Source of the DNA: Desulfomonilia bacterium
GTDB taxonomy: Bacteria > Desulfobacterota > Desulfomonilia > UBA1062
Assembly (NCBI GenBank): GCA_050014195.1
Contig: JBEKDT010000006.1
Location: 32,001-96,000, forward strand
Reading direction: 5' to 3'
Length of the DNA: 64,000 nt
A program made the translations under genes and the position numbers. This document shows positions 8,873 through 18,486 of the stretch, one piece after another (position 1 is the stretch's first letter; every line of letters starts with the position of its first letter). A model generated the notes under the pieces. That model did not search any database, had not been told where the DNA came from, and was given only the letters and a program-made list of their open reading frames with translations.

Positions 8873-9661
8873 ATGGCCAGAAAAAAAGTTGTCTATATCG
8901 AGAAGCCCATGAACGTGACGATGTACCTGTTGGCATCCCTCTTTCTCTTCCTGCTCACGTTCTTCGTCATCTTGAGCTCTGTGAGCGTTATGGACAATAA
9001 ACGACAGAAAATGGCCATCGGCTCGGTCAGGGGGGGCTTTGGTATACTGCCCGGCGGCAGGAGCCCTTTTTCATCCACAGGCCCCAAGAATATCCTTCCC
9101 CAGAGCCCTCCTATGGAGAGAGGCCTGATGGACCTCCAGAGCATCCATAACTCCCTTGCCGACACCGGGATCATCAGCGGTATCAGCGTGACAGGGGGAA
9201 GGCTCGGGGCGACCATCACCATCAAGTCACCCATCCTCTTCGAGGGGCAGACCGACGTATTCAGCAAGGACAGCCAAGCTGTGCTGGCAGCCATAGCCAA
9301 GATCATCTCGCAGGTGGATAACCAGGTCATCATAACAGGGCATACGGATTCCGTCCCTGTGGAGGCACCACCCTTCTATTCAAACTGGGGGCTTTCAGCA
9401 GCCAGGGCATTGGCAGTTCTTTCCTATTTCGAGGGCAAGGGCATCAAAGGCAGCCGCCTCTGCGCCTACGGTATGGGCGCAGGCAGGCCGATTGCCACCA
9501 ACAGCACGGAAGAAGGCAGGAAGCTCAATAGGCGGGTAGAGATAACCATAGTCGGCGAAGTCCCGGAAGAGGTCGACCTCAAGGGGCTCAAGCAGACCCG
9601 TGGGGAGTGGCTGCGCTCCATATTCTATAAAGGGTTTAACTTCGAATTGGAAGAGCAGTGA
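8873..9661 (+). CDS. motB: MotB-family protein, copy 1 (TM Asp replaced by Ser)
   Basis: Single TM 'SLFLFLLTFFV', OmpA-like domain 'GHTD...NWGLSAARA...NRRVEI'. Confidence 0.88.
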   Translation: MARKKVVYIEKPMNVTMYLLASLFLFLLTFFVILSSVSVMDNKRQKMAIGSVRGGFGILPGGRSPFSSTGPKNILPQSPPMERGLMDLQSIHNSLADTGIISGISVTGGRLGATITIKSPILFEGQTDVFSKDSQAVLAAIAKIISQVDNQVIITGHTDSVPVEAPPFYSNWGLSAARALAVLSYFEGKGIKGSRLCAYGMGAGRPIATNSTEEGRKLNRRVEITIVGEVPEEVDLKGLKQTRGEWLRSIFYKGFNFELEEQ

Positions 9662-10380
9662 TGGCAAAGAAAGACAAAGACGTCATATATGTCAAGATGC
9701 CCAGTCGTTTGAACTGGATGACCACGTTCTGCGATATGCTTACCATACTGCTCTGTTTCTTCGTGCTGATCATCTCCATGTCTTCCATGGAGAGCAAGGC
9801 ACTCAGGAACACATTCGGATTTTTCAACTCTGTTGTGGGACCACTCGAATTTCCCCAGCAACATGAGGTGATGGTGGCTCAGCCTGTGGTAAGAGTTGCC
9901 CCCAACATCATGCAGCTTGATGCCGGGAATCTTAACAGGAGCCTGATGATTTCCTTGAAAAAGCTCAACGTCGTGGGAACTCCCGGCCGGGGCACGGATT
10001 TTGGCGAGGTCAAAGAGACATACCGGGGTTTTGCCATCCAAGTGCCCGATGATATCGTATTCGATAACAGTGCCACTACGGTGAGGAAAGACGCAGAGCC
10101 GGTAATCAAGGGGATTGCCGATGCCATCAGAGGCTTGGATGTCACCATCGCAATCGAGGGCCACACCGATAATCTCGGGAATGAGGGTACGAACTGGAAA
10201 CTCTCGCTGCAAAGGGCCATCAGTATTGCCGACTTCTTTGTCTATAACCAGGGAATGAGCCCTGAGAAGCTCTGCGTTGCGGGATACGGGTCCACGAAGC
10301 CCATTGCCACCAATGAGACCGAGGGGGGCAGGGCCAAGAATAGACGGGTGGAGATCATCCTTTTGAAAGACCGTATATAG
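9658..10380 (+). CDS. motB: MotB-family protein, copy 2 (canonical)
   Basis: 'WMTTFCDMLTILLCFFV', 'EGHTD', 'NWKLSLQRA', 'NRRVEI'. Confidence 0.93.
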   Translation: MMAKKDKDVIYVKMPSRLNWMTTFCDMLTILLCFFVLIISMSSMESKALRNTFGFFNSVVGPLEFPQQHEVMVAQPVVRVAPNIMQLDAGNLNRSLMISLKKLNVVGTPGRGTDFGEVKETYRGFAIQVPDDIVFDNSATTVRKDAEPVIKGIADAIRGLDVTIAIEGHTDNLGNEGTNWKLSLQRAISIADFFVYNQGMSPEKLCVAGYGSTKPIATNETEGGRAKNRRVEIILLKDRI

Positions 10381-10389
10381 GAGGACCAC

Positions 10390-10929
10390 ATGGCAGATGA
10401 GGAGAAACAAGAGAAAAAAGAACAGAGCCCGGCAGGGAAAAAGAAATTCCCTGTGATGATCATCGTTATCGTGCTCGCTGTTGTCCTTGTTTTGGGCGGT
10501 GCAGCGGCCGGGTACTTCATGTTCATCGGACCCAAGGCGAAGGCATCAGGAAAGGAAGGAGCCGTCAAGGAAGTGAAACATGAACAGACAAAGGAAAGGG
10601 GCTCCGGCGAAGGTGAAGGCGGGGCATCGGGGCTCATGAAGCAGCTCGACCCCTTCATCGTCAACCTTGCCGACGCCCAGGGACAGCGATACCTCAAAGC
10701 GGTCATGCAGGTCGAGGTGGACAACCCTTCAGTGGAGGGCGAGATCCAAGGCAAGCTGCCCCAGATACGGGATGAGATCCTTATGATCCTTTCCAACAAG
10801 ACTTTTGACGATGTGTCTACAACTTCGGGCAAACATATGGTCAAGCGTGAGATCGCCGCAGCAGTGAACAAGTATTTAACGACCGGTCAGGTGACGCAGG
10901 TCTATTTTACGGAATTCGTAGTCCAGTGA
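10390..10929 (+). CDS. fliL: Flagellar basal body-associated protein FliL
   Basis: TM, 'PFIVNLAD', 'IRD', C-terminal 'VYFTEFVVQ'. Confidence 0.95.
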   Translation: MADEEKQEKKEQSPAGKKKFPVMIIVIVLAVVLVLGGAAAGYFMFIGPKAKASGKEGAVKEVKHEQTKERGSGEGEGGASGLMKQLDPFIVNLADAQGQRYLKAVMQVEVDNPSVEGEIQGKLPQIRDEILMILSNKTFDDVSTTSGKHMVKREIAAAVNKYLTTGQVTQVYFTEFVVQ

Positions 10930-10938
10930 GGTTATGAA

Positions 10939-11928
10939 ATGGGACAGATTCTGACCCAGGAAGAGGTTGATGCCCTATTAAAAGGCGTTGTCGGCGGAGA
11001 TATTGCCACAGAAACGGATTTACCGCCTACTGATGACAGCCAATTACAGCGCTTCGACTTTGCTGCGCAGGATAAGGTCGTCCGGGGACGGATGCCTTCG
11101 CTGGATGCAATCCATGACCGGTTCGCCCGATTTTTCAGGAATACGCTCTCCAGCATGCTCAGGAAGATGGTGGACATCACGCCGGTATCACTCGATACCA
11201 TTAAGTTCGGGAACTTCATGCGCTCATTGCCGGTGCCGTCGAGCATCCACATCATCCGGGTGGATCCGCTACGGGGCAATGCCCTGGTGATCGTGGAGAC
11301 CAAGCTTGTATTTGCCCTTATCGACAGCTTCTTCGGTGGGAAAGGGGCCGGGAACATGAAGATTGAAGGCAGGGAGTTTACGGCCATCGAACAGCGCATG
11401 CTCAACAAGGTGGTGCATGCCGCCATCAAGGAACTGGCTAACTCATGGCAGCCGGTTTACGAACTTGAATTTCACTATATCCGCCCCGAGATGAATCCTC
11501 AGTTTGCCGGGATCATCCCCAATGAGGACGTGATCGTCGTGGTCCAATTCGAAGTGGAGATGGATGAGATGACGGGCAATGTCATGGTGTGCCTGCCCTA
11601 CATGCTCATAGAGCCTATCCGGGACAGGCTTTATGCGACATTCCATTCCGAGGAGAAGATGAGTGTGGACAGGGCTTGGGTCAACAGGCTCAAGAGCGAA
11701 CTCTTAGGGGTGTACGTGGATGTGGACGTGGAACTCGGTAAGAGCATGATCTCGCCACGAGATCTTTCATCACTCATGCCGGGCAATGTGCTTGTACTGG
11801 AAAAAGACATAAACGAACCGCTCGTCGTAAAAGTGCAGAACCTGCCGAAGTTCTACGCCAAGCCGGGCAGGATCAAGGATAATCTGGCAATAGATGTCGT
11901 AGAAACGATCGACAGAAAGCTCTACTAA
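10939..11928 (+). CDS. fliM: Flagellar motor switch protein FliM
   Basis: '[11 protein letters not shown]' CheY-binding peptide, 'REFTAIEQR', 'EMNPQF'. Confidence 0.96.
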   Translation: MGQILTQEEVDALLKGVVGGDIATETDLPPTDDSQLQRFDFAAQDKVVRGRMPSLDAIHDRFARFFRNTLSSMLRKMVDITPVSLDTIKFGNFMRSLPVPSSIHIIRVDPLRGNALVIVETKLVFALIDSFFGGKGAGNMKIEGREFTAIEQRMLNKVVHAAIKELANSWQPVYELEFHYIRPEMNPQFAGIIPNEDVIVVVQFEVEMDEMTGNVMVCLPYMLIEPIRDRLYATFHSEEKMSVDRAWVNRLKSELLGVYVDVDVELGKSMISPRDLSSLMPGNVLVLEKDINEPLVVKVQNLPKFYAKPGRIKDNLAIDVVETIDRKLY

Positions 11929-11938
11929 GGAGGGGTCA

Positions 11939-12430
11939 ATGACTACAGAAGAAAAGACTGCTGATACGCTCAACCAGGACGATATTGACAAGCTCATGGG
12001 CGGAGGCGGTGAAGAAAAAAAAGGAGACGGGCTCAACCAGGACAAGCTTGCCGAGGATTGGGCTGCGGCCCTTGAATCAGGAGAGGTAATCGAGGAAGGC
12101 AAGCCTTTTGATAAAACAGCCAAGAAGGCCACGTTCACTGAGTTCGAAGAGGGCAGGCATTCCGGGCCTGCAAAAGAACTCGACTTTATCCTCGACATAC
12201 CCTTGGAGGTTACCGTGGAGATGGGCAGGACACGCATGCTTATCAACGACCTCCTGCAGATCGGTCAGGGTTCGGTAATCGAGCTGAACAGGCTGGCGGG
12301 AGAGCCTCTGGACATCCTGATAAACAACAAGCTCATCGCCAGGGGGGAAGTGGTAGTGGTAAGCGAGAAATTCGGCATCAGGATCACGGACATCGTGAGC
12401 CCCTTAGAGCGGGTGAAGAGGCTGGCATGA
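11939..12430 (+). CDS. fliN: Flagellar motor switch protein FliN
   Basis: '[14 protein letters not shown]', '[31 protein letters not shown]'. Confidence 0.96.
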   Translation: MTTEEKTADTLNQDDIDKLMGGGGEEKKGDGLNQDKLAEDWAAALESGEVIEEGKPFDKTAKKATFTEFEEGRHSGPAKELDFILDIPLEVTVEMGRTRMLINDLLQIGQGSVIELNRLAGEPLDILINNKLIARGEVVVVSEKFGIRITDIVSPLERVKRLA

Positions 12431-12807
12431 ACCCTGTGAAATCACTATTTACGCTTGCCTTTCTTTTATACTCCCTGCCGCTTTATGCTTCCGAGTCAGG
12501 CGGTATGGCCTCCACGGGCTTAAGGGCTATTGCCTCGCTTGTGCTCATCATAGCATTGATGTTTACCCTTGCCTGGGCTTTTAAGCGCTATGGACCTATA
12601 TCCAGGGTGAAAAAATCCTTCGGTCTGGACATACTTGGTCAGGTGAACCTCGGCGCAAAGGTGAATCTTGCACTCATCAGGGTGGGCAAGTCGATCCTGT
12701 TGATCGGTGTTACAGCCAATGCCGTAAGCCTTCTCAAGGACATGGAAGAGGGCGATTTCGAAAAATCCTTATCCCAAGTCACATCACAAACGGGGGCGCA
12801 TCAATGA
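12427..12807 (+). CDS. fliO: Flagellar biosynthesis protein FliO
   Basis: Between fliN and fliP; TM plus '[14 protein letters not shown]'. Confidence 0.88.
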   Translation: MNPVKSLFTLAFLLYSLPLYASESGGMASTGLRAIASLVLIIALMFTLAWAFKRYGPISRVKKSFGLDILGQVNLGAKVNLALIRVGKSILLIGVTANAVSLLKDMEEGDFEKSLSQVTSQTGAHQ

Positions 12808-13562
12808 GACCTGCCCGCATCGTCCTGCTAACGCTTTTAGCCTTAGTATTCATCCCCGTCCTTCTCCATGCAGCAGAAGGTGTGACCATCCCGAGCCTCA
12901 ATCTCGGGGTGAAGCAGGCAGGTAGTCCCGAGGAGGTGGTCGGTTCGCTCCAGATCCTTTTTATCCTCACCATCCTCGCGTTGGCACCTTCCATCATGAT
13001 TATGGTAACGGCATTCACCCGGATCGTTGTAGTGCTGGGGTTCCTAAGGCAGGCCCTGGGCACCCAGCAGATGCCGCCAATGCAGGTTCTTACGGCGCTC
13101 GCCATTTTTTTGACGTTTTTTGTTATGTCTCCCACCCTGGATAAAATGAACGAGCTGGCCCTTACCCCTTATAAGAATGGAAATATCACCTTTGCCCAGG
13201 CGTTGACGAATGCAGAAGGGCCGCTACGGGAATTCATGTTCAAGCAGACAAGGCAGGCCGACCTCCAACTCTTCATGAGCCTCATCACCAAAGATAAACC
13301 CAAGAATAAAGAAGAAGTGCCCACGAGGGCACTCATCCCCGCATTCATGATCAGCGAACTCAAGACCGCCTTTCAGATCGGATTCATCCTCTTCATACCT
13401 TTCCTTATCATCGACATGGTGGTCTCATCGATCCTGTTGTCCATGGGTATGATGATGCTGCCGCCGGTCATGATCTCTTTGCCTTTCAAGATAATGCTCT
13501 TTGTGCTTGTAGACGGATGGAACCTCCTTGTGGGGTCTCTTATCAGGGGGTTTGTCGGATGA
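12804..13562 (+). CDS. fliP: Flagellar export gate protein FliP
   Basis: 'FTRIVVVLGFLRQALGTQQMPP', 'PAFMISELKTAFQIG', 'MGMMMLPP', 'VDGW'. Confidence 0.97.
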   Translation: MRPARIVLLTLLALVFIPVLLHAAEGVTIPSLNLGVKQAGSPEEVVGSLQILFILTILALAPSIMIMVTAFTRIVVVLGFLRQALGTQQMPPMQVLTALAIFLTFFVMSPTLDKMNELALTPYKNGNITFAQALTNAEGPLREFMFKQTRQADLQLFMSLITKDKPKNKEEVPTRALIPAFMISELKTAFQIGFILFIPFLIIDMVVSSILLSMGMMMLPPVMISLPFKIMLFVLVDGWNLLVGSLIRGFVG

Positions 13563-13828
13563 CGCCGGAAACCGTAACAACCCTCATGGCCGAGGCCATC
13601 AAGATCACGCTCCTCGTCTCAGCACCCATGCTCATCCTGGGCCTGCTGGTGGGGCTTACCATAAGCGTTTTCTCGGCAGTCACCCAGATCCAGGAGATGA
13701 CACTCACCTTTGTACCAAAGATCTTTGTCGTGTTACTTGCCCTTCTTGTTGCGCTCCCCTGGATCATAGAGAAGCTCACAACATACACGATCAACCTGTT
13801 TAACTCCATCCCCACACTCATCAGATGA
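13559..13828 (+). CDS. fliQ: Flagellar export protein FliQ
   Basis: 'AVTQIQEMTLTFVPK'; the ATG at 13559 overlaps the fliP stop (ATGA). Confidence 0.95.
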   Translation: MTPETVTTLMAEAIKITLLVSAPMLILGLLVGLTISVFSAVTQIQEMTLTFVPKIFVVLLALLVALPWIIEKLTTYTINLFNSIPTLIR

Positions 13829-14607
13829 ACGAGCTCTTGAAATTAGCATGGAGTGACTTTCTTTCCCTGTTCTTTATTTTTATCAGGGTCGGGACCATTT
13901 TGGCCTTAGTGCCTTTCTTCAATTCTACGGTCATCCCGAGGAGGATCACAGCCACAATAGCGCTTTTTTTAAGTCTTGTGCTCATGCCTATTGTACCGCA
14001 TGTGCAGGTGAAGCCTAGTGAACTGAACATAGTAATGTTGATGATCATCCTGATTCATGAGATGCTCATAGGGATGGCCATGGGCCTTGCCATTGATGTA
14101 ATCTATTCAGGTATCCAGATTGCTGGTGAGCTTATTAGTTTTCAAATGGGCTTCTCCATTGCGAATGTTGTGGACCCGATGAGCGGGATCTCAGCGCCCG
14201 TCATATCGAATGTGTTCTATATGACCGCCTTCCTTCTGTTCTTTACCTTCGGAGGCCACCATATTCTTATCAAAGCGCTCTTTGAAAGCTTCAGTACCAT
14301 GCCTATTGGTGATTCTTTGGTCCACCGAGAGTTCTTGATGGCAGTGGTCACCTATGCAGCCAAGATGTTTGTTATCGGGGTCAAGGTATCCGCGCCGGTG
14401 GTCGGCGTCCTTCTGCTCATCAACATATCCTTTGCCATCATCGCCAGGGCACTGCCCCAGATGAACGTGTTCATCATGGCCTTCCCGCTCACCATTGCCG
14501 TGGGGCTTGTTTTCTCTGTGCTGGTCATCAAGATGCTGCCCATGTTCATGACAAGCTCGCTGGAGCAGGCCTGGATGTTCATGAAGTCGGCAATGGCACT
14601 CTTTTAA
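13825..14607 (+). CDS. fliR: Flagellar export protein FliR
   Basis: 'AGELISFQMGF', 'GGHH', 'RALPQMNVF..AFPL'. Confidence 0.95.
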   Translation: MNELLKLAWSDFLSLFFIFIRVGTILALVPFFNSTVIPRRITATIALFLSLVLMPIVPHVQVKPSELNIVMLMIILIHEMLIGMAMGLAIDVIYSGIQIAGELISFQMGFSIANVVDPMSGISAPVISNVFYMTAFLLFFTFGGHHILIKALFESFSTMPIGDSLVHREFLMAVVTYAAKMFVIGVKVSAPVVGVLLLINISFAIIARALPQMNVFIMAFPLTIAVGLVFSVLVIKMLPMFMTSSLEQAWMFMKSAMALF

Positions 14608-14678
14608 AGAATAAAGATCATCCAATACCATTGATATCTCATTTTGTAAAACTACTATGAGGAAAGAGGTGTGCGGAC

Positions 14679-15449
14679 ATGAAAGTGAAAATCATAACTG
14701 CCGCCATTGCCCTCCTGATGGCCTTCCTGACAGGTTGTGCATCATTAAAACCCATCCGGCTCACAGAGGAATTCTGGCAGGAAAAGGGTAAGCGCCTAGG
14801 GGTGGCACTTGTTGTCTTACCTCCTGCCGAGATGGTGGTTAATTCGCCGCCCGCCCCGATATTCTATGGTGAACGTCCTTTTATGCCTCATAGTGATATG
14901 TGGGATTATTCTGAATATACTGAACAACAATTGCGAATGGCTGAGACGAGGCCCATACGTGATGCCTCCAAGGGACTGAATGCCCAGGAATTCGCAGTTG
15001 TACAGGGCCTCTTCGTACAAGGTCTCAAAGATAAGGGTTTTGCAGCATTCCCGGTGGATAACCGCATCGATCCGAAGTCGCTTAGGGGTTTCAAAGGCGG
15101 AGGTGGCGATGCTGTCTATGAGTCAAAAGATTTCCGGGATCTCGCCAAGACTCTAGGCGCAGATTTTCTGATAATCATCAGGCTCAAGCACTATGGAACC
15201 TTGTGTCGTTACATCGACCTGAACAATTATGAGGTAGAGGTTTATGCAGAGGTTAAGGCCGAGATGATAGAGGCTGCAACCAATAGAGTTCTGTGGAGGA
15301 CCGGTGGGAGCGAAGGACGGTTCTCCCGGACCGTAAATGCCACATGCGCTCGGCCAGACCATACGCCGATTATCTTTGATGGTTTGAAGGCACTTCTGGG
15401 AGATGCGGCAAAAGAGACTGCCGGTCAGTTCTTTTCATCGAAGCATTGA
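14679..15449 (+). CDS. Putative lipoprotein
   Basis: Signal peptide with lipobox 'LTGC'; GAGGTG RBS. Confidence 0.75.
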   Translation: MKVKIITAAIALLMAFLTGCASLKPIRLTEEFWQEKGKRLGVALVVLPPAEMVVNSPPAPIFYGERPFMPHSDMWDYSEYTEQQLRMAETRPIRDASKGLNAQEFAVVQGLFVQGLKDKGFAAFPVDNRIDPKSLRGFKGGGGDAVYESKDFRDLAKTLGADFLIIIRLKHYGTLCRYIDLNNYEVEVYAEVKAEMIEAATNRVLWRTGGSEGRFSRTVNATCARPDHTPIIFDGLKALLGDAAKETAGQFFSSKH

Positions 15450-15506
15450 GCACTGGTAATATTATCATAAGCTCCTTATTGATTTTACCGCCTCCACGTA
15501 TTATCG

Positions 15507-15881
15507 GTGATGCATATGGAAACGATTCGATTCAGCAATGGGGTCGTGGTGGAGGTTCAGGACAAATCGTCCGTGCTCTCGGGTGACCTGTATATGGTCC
15601 ACCTGGAGATCATGACAGTTGTCACACTCGATGATCATGACATCGAGCTCAGGCACTATTGTCCCAGCGGCAGGCTCAGGATGACCAGAGTTCTCAAGAA
15701 ATCGGCAGTCCATGAGCGGGATCTTCAAGAGGTGAGAAAAGGCATAAAGGAATCCTTCCTGAATACCAACAGGCCGTACATGGAGCATCCGAAGTTCATC
15801 GGCCGGTTCAAGAACACCTGCCTCGCCACGTACCGGGAACAGGAAGAAAAGGCCAGGCAGGCCGCCATCCATGAAGAGTGA
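15507..15881 (+). CDS. Hypothetical protein coupled to mutS
   Basis: 124-aa ORF with genome-typical codon use, overlapping the mutS start. Confidence 0.65.
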   Translation: MMHMETIRFSNGVVVEVQDKSSVLSGDLYMVHLEIMTVVTLDDHDIELRHYCPSGRLRMTRVLKKSAVHERDLQEVRKGIKESFLNTNRPYMEHPKFIGRFKNTCLATYREQEEKARQAAIHEE

Positions 15882-18441
15882 TAACAACCTCACCCCCATG
15901 ATGCAGCAGTACCTGGAGATCAAAAGGGACTGCAAAGACACCATATTATTCTACCGCATGGGGGACTTCTACGAGATGTTCTATGATGATGCCCTCAAGG
16001 CATCCAAGCTCCTGGGCCTCGCCCTGACCACCAGGGACAAGAGCAAGGAAAACCCGGTGCCTATGTGCGGTGTGCCGTACCACAGCGCTTCATCCTACAT
16101 CACCCGTCTTATCCGTTTAGGCCACAAGGTGGCCATCTGCGAGCAGGCTGAACCTTTGCCCGGCACCAAAGGACTGGTGCACCGGGAGGTTGTGCGTATC
16201 ATAACACCGGGGCTCATCGTAGAGGACGACCACCTGAACAGAGATAAGGCCAACTACCTCATGGCCGTGAGTACGGATGCCGGGAATGATGCCTTTGGTG
16301 TTGCATTCATCGATATATCCACAGGCGATTTCAGGGTCACGGAGGTCTCTTCCTCGAAGGATCTTGAAGCCGAGATCTTTCGAGTCGGTCCGAGCGAGAT
16401 CCTCACTTCGGGTGATGGCAGCATCCCTGAAGGATTTCTTGTGACAACCTCTGACCAGCCCATCTCATTAGAGCATGCAAGACAGCTCCTTGCCGGCCAC
16501 TTCGGCACGATAACCATGGATGGATTCGGCCTGAAAGATGCTTCTTTAGCCCTTATGGCCTCCGGCATGGTGCTGGAGTATGTGAAACAGACCCATAAGG
16601 CCGTGTTGCCTAATGTTACATCACTCACGTTCTACAACCCCGGCCGCTTCATGATGCTCGGCCCCACGACAAAACGCAACCTGGAGTTGTTTGAGGCCAT
16701 CTCGGGCCTTAAGGAGCACACCCTCTTTGCATTGCTTAATCACACCGGTACCTCTATGGGTGCGCGTATGCTCGCTGACTGGATCTCTTTTCCCCTGATG
16801 GATGTATCTGATATCAATAAGAGGCTTGAGGCCGAGGAGGCGCTTGTCTCCCAGGAGCGAACACTGGGTGCAATGCGTGAGGTGCTTAAGGACATCCCGG
16901 ACATGGAGCGGATCATCGGCCGCATCTCAGCCGGTTCTGCAAGCCCGCGTGATATGAGGGCGCTCTGTGATGGCATTGAGCAGGTCCCTCTGATCAAAGG
17001 ACTGCTCGATGGGTTTGAAGTATCTTTACTTGGGGAGGTCAGGGAAGGGCTCAATCCTTCAGAGGAGCTTAAGGAGAGGATTGCACGGACCCTCGTGGAG
17101 TCACCGCCCCTTCGCCTGATTGATGGCAATGTGATCGCCCAAGGCGTGGATGCCGAGCTGGATGAGCTCAGGGCACTGCGGAAGGACTCCAGGCAGTGGA
17201 TCGCCTCATTGGAGGCCAAGGAGCGGGAGTCCACAGGCATCAACACGCTCAAGATCGGCTATAACAGGGTGTTCGGCTACTACATCGAGCTTACCAAGAT
17301 CAATGCCGCGAAAGCCCCTGATTACTACATCCGTAAGCAGACGCTTGTAAACGCCGAGCGGTACATCACCCCTGAGCTCAAGGAGTATGAGGCAAGGCTG
17401 TTGGGTGCACAGGATGCCATCGCCGCTCTCGAGCAGCGCATCTTCAAAGAGCTCAGGGAGTTTGTCCTTCCCTTCATACCCTCGCTGCAGACCACGGTGC
17501 GGGCAATGGCCTGTCTGGATGTTTTGAACTGCCTTGCATGGGTAGCTGTCCGGAATGGGTATGTGAGGCCGGTGACCAGTTACGACCGGCGCATAGAAAT
17601 TACCTTGGGCAGGCACCCGGTGGTGGAAAAGGTTCTCAAGTCCGGCGAGTTTGTGCCCAATGATTGTTCATTTGACCCGGAGCGGGACACCATCCACATC
17701 ATCACGGGGCCCAACATGGCAGGCAAGTCCACGTATATGCGCCAGGTGGCGCTTATCTGCCTTATGGCCCAGATGGGCTCGTTCGTACCGGCAAAGAAGG
17801 CCTCAATCGGTGTTGTAGACAGGATATTCACCCGCATCGGTGCGCTGGACAACCTCTCCGCAGGCCAGAGCACTTTTCTTGTGGAGATGAGCGAGACGGC
17901 AGACATCCTTAACAATGCCACCTCACAGAGCCTGGTGATCTTGGATGAGATCGGCAGGGGCACCTCCACCTATGACGGTATGTCGCTTGCCTGGGCCGTT
18001 GCGGAATATTTGGATGAGCACAGGGTCAGGACATTCTTTGCCACTCATTACCACGAGCTCGCCGACCTGTCCCGCAGGCACAAGGGAATCAAAAACTATC
18101 ACTTAAGTATTGAAGAAAGCGGCAATGAGGTGGTATTCCTCAGGGTCCTTAAACGTGGGGCTATCGGCAGGAGCTACGGCATCTATGTGGCCCGACTCGC
18201 CGGGGTTCCTGATGAGGTAGTGGAGAAAGCCCGGCTGATTCTTGCCGCTGTAAGCTCCAAGTCCAAGGCATTGCCTTCTGAACACCACACCGCACCTGTT
18301 CAGGCAAGCCTCTTTGAAGACAGGAATACCGATATCATCAATGAGATTTTGAAGACCGACCCCAATACCCTCACCCCCCTTCAGGCCCTGAATTTTCTTC
18401 AATACCTGAAGGAAAAAATTACAAAAGACGATTACCATTAA
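15871..18441 (+). CDS. mutS: DNA mismatch repair protein MutS
   Basis: 'TPMMQQY', 'FYRMGDFYEMF', Walker A 'TGPNMAGKSTYMRQ', 'DEIGRGTST', 'ATHYHEL', 'SYGI.VA.LAG'. Confidence 0.98.
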   Translation: MKSDNNLTPMMQQYLEIKRDCKDTILFYRMGDFYEMFYDDALKASKLLGLALTTRDKSKENPVPMCGVPYHSASSYITRLIRLGHKVAICEQAEPLPGTKGLVHREVVRIITPGLIVEDDHLNRDKANYLMAVSTDAGNDAFGVAFIDISTGDFRVTEVSSSKDLEAEIFRVGPSEILTSGDGSIPEGFLVTTSDQPISLEHARQLLAGHFGTITMDGFGLKDASLALMASGMVLEYVKQTHKAVLPNVTSLTFYNPGRFMMLGPTTKRNLELFEAISGLKEHTLFALLNHTGTSMGARMLADWISFPLMDVSDINKRLEAEEALVSQERTLGAMREVLKDIPDMERIIGRISAGSASPRDMRALCDGIEQVPLIKGLLDGFEVSLLGEVREGLNPSEELKERIARTLVESPPLRLIDGNVIAQGVDAELDELRALRKDSRQWIASLEAKERESTGINTLKIGYNRVFGYYIELTKINAAKAPDYYIRKQTLVNAERYITPELKEYEARLLGAQDAIAALEQRIFKELREFVLPFIPSLQTTVRAMACLDVLNCLAWVAVRNGYVRPVTSYDRRIEITLGRHPVVEKVLKSGEFVPNDCSFDPERDTIHIITGPNMAGKSTYMRQVALICLMAQMGSFVPAKKASIGVVDRIFTRIGALDNLSAGQSTFLVEMSETADILNNATSQSLVILDEIGRGTSTYDGMSLAWAVAEYLDEHRVRTFFATHYHELADLSRRHKGIKNYHLSIEESGNEVVFLRVLKRGAIGRSYGIYVARLAGVPDEVVEKARLILAAVSSKSKALPSEHHTAPVQASLFEDRNTDIINEILKTDPNTLTPLQALNFLQYLKEKITKDDYH

Positions 18442-18466
18442 AGCTTTCCGGGTTTTTTTCCGAAAA
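18439..18466 (+). promoter_or_regulatory. Putative sigma28 (FliA) promoter
   Basis: TAAA-N16-TCCGAAAA, 20 bp upstream of the FlhG-like ATG. Confidence 0.55.
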
Positions 18467-18486
18467 CAATTAGGAAAGAGGCCCGT

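Noticed and set aside
14608-14680. Absence of flhB/flhA after fliR as evidence of a defective flagellum
   Set aside because: Flagellar genes are often split over several loci, and all genes here are intact.
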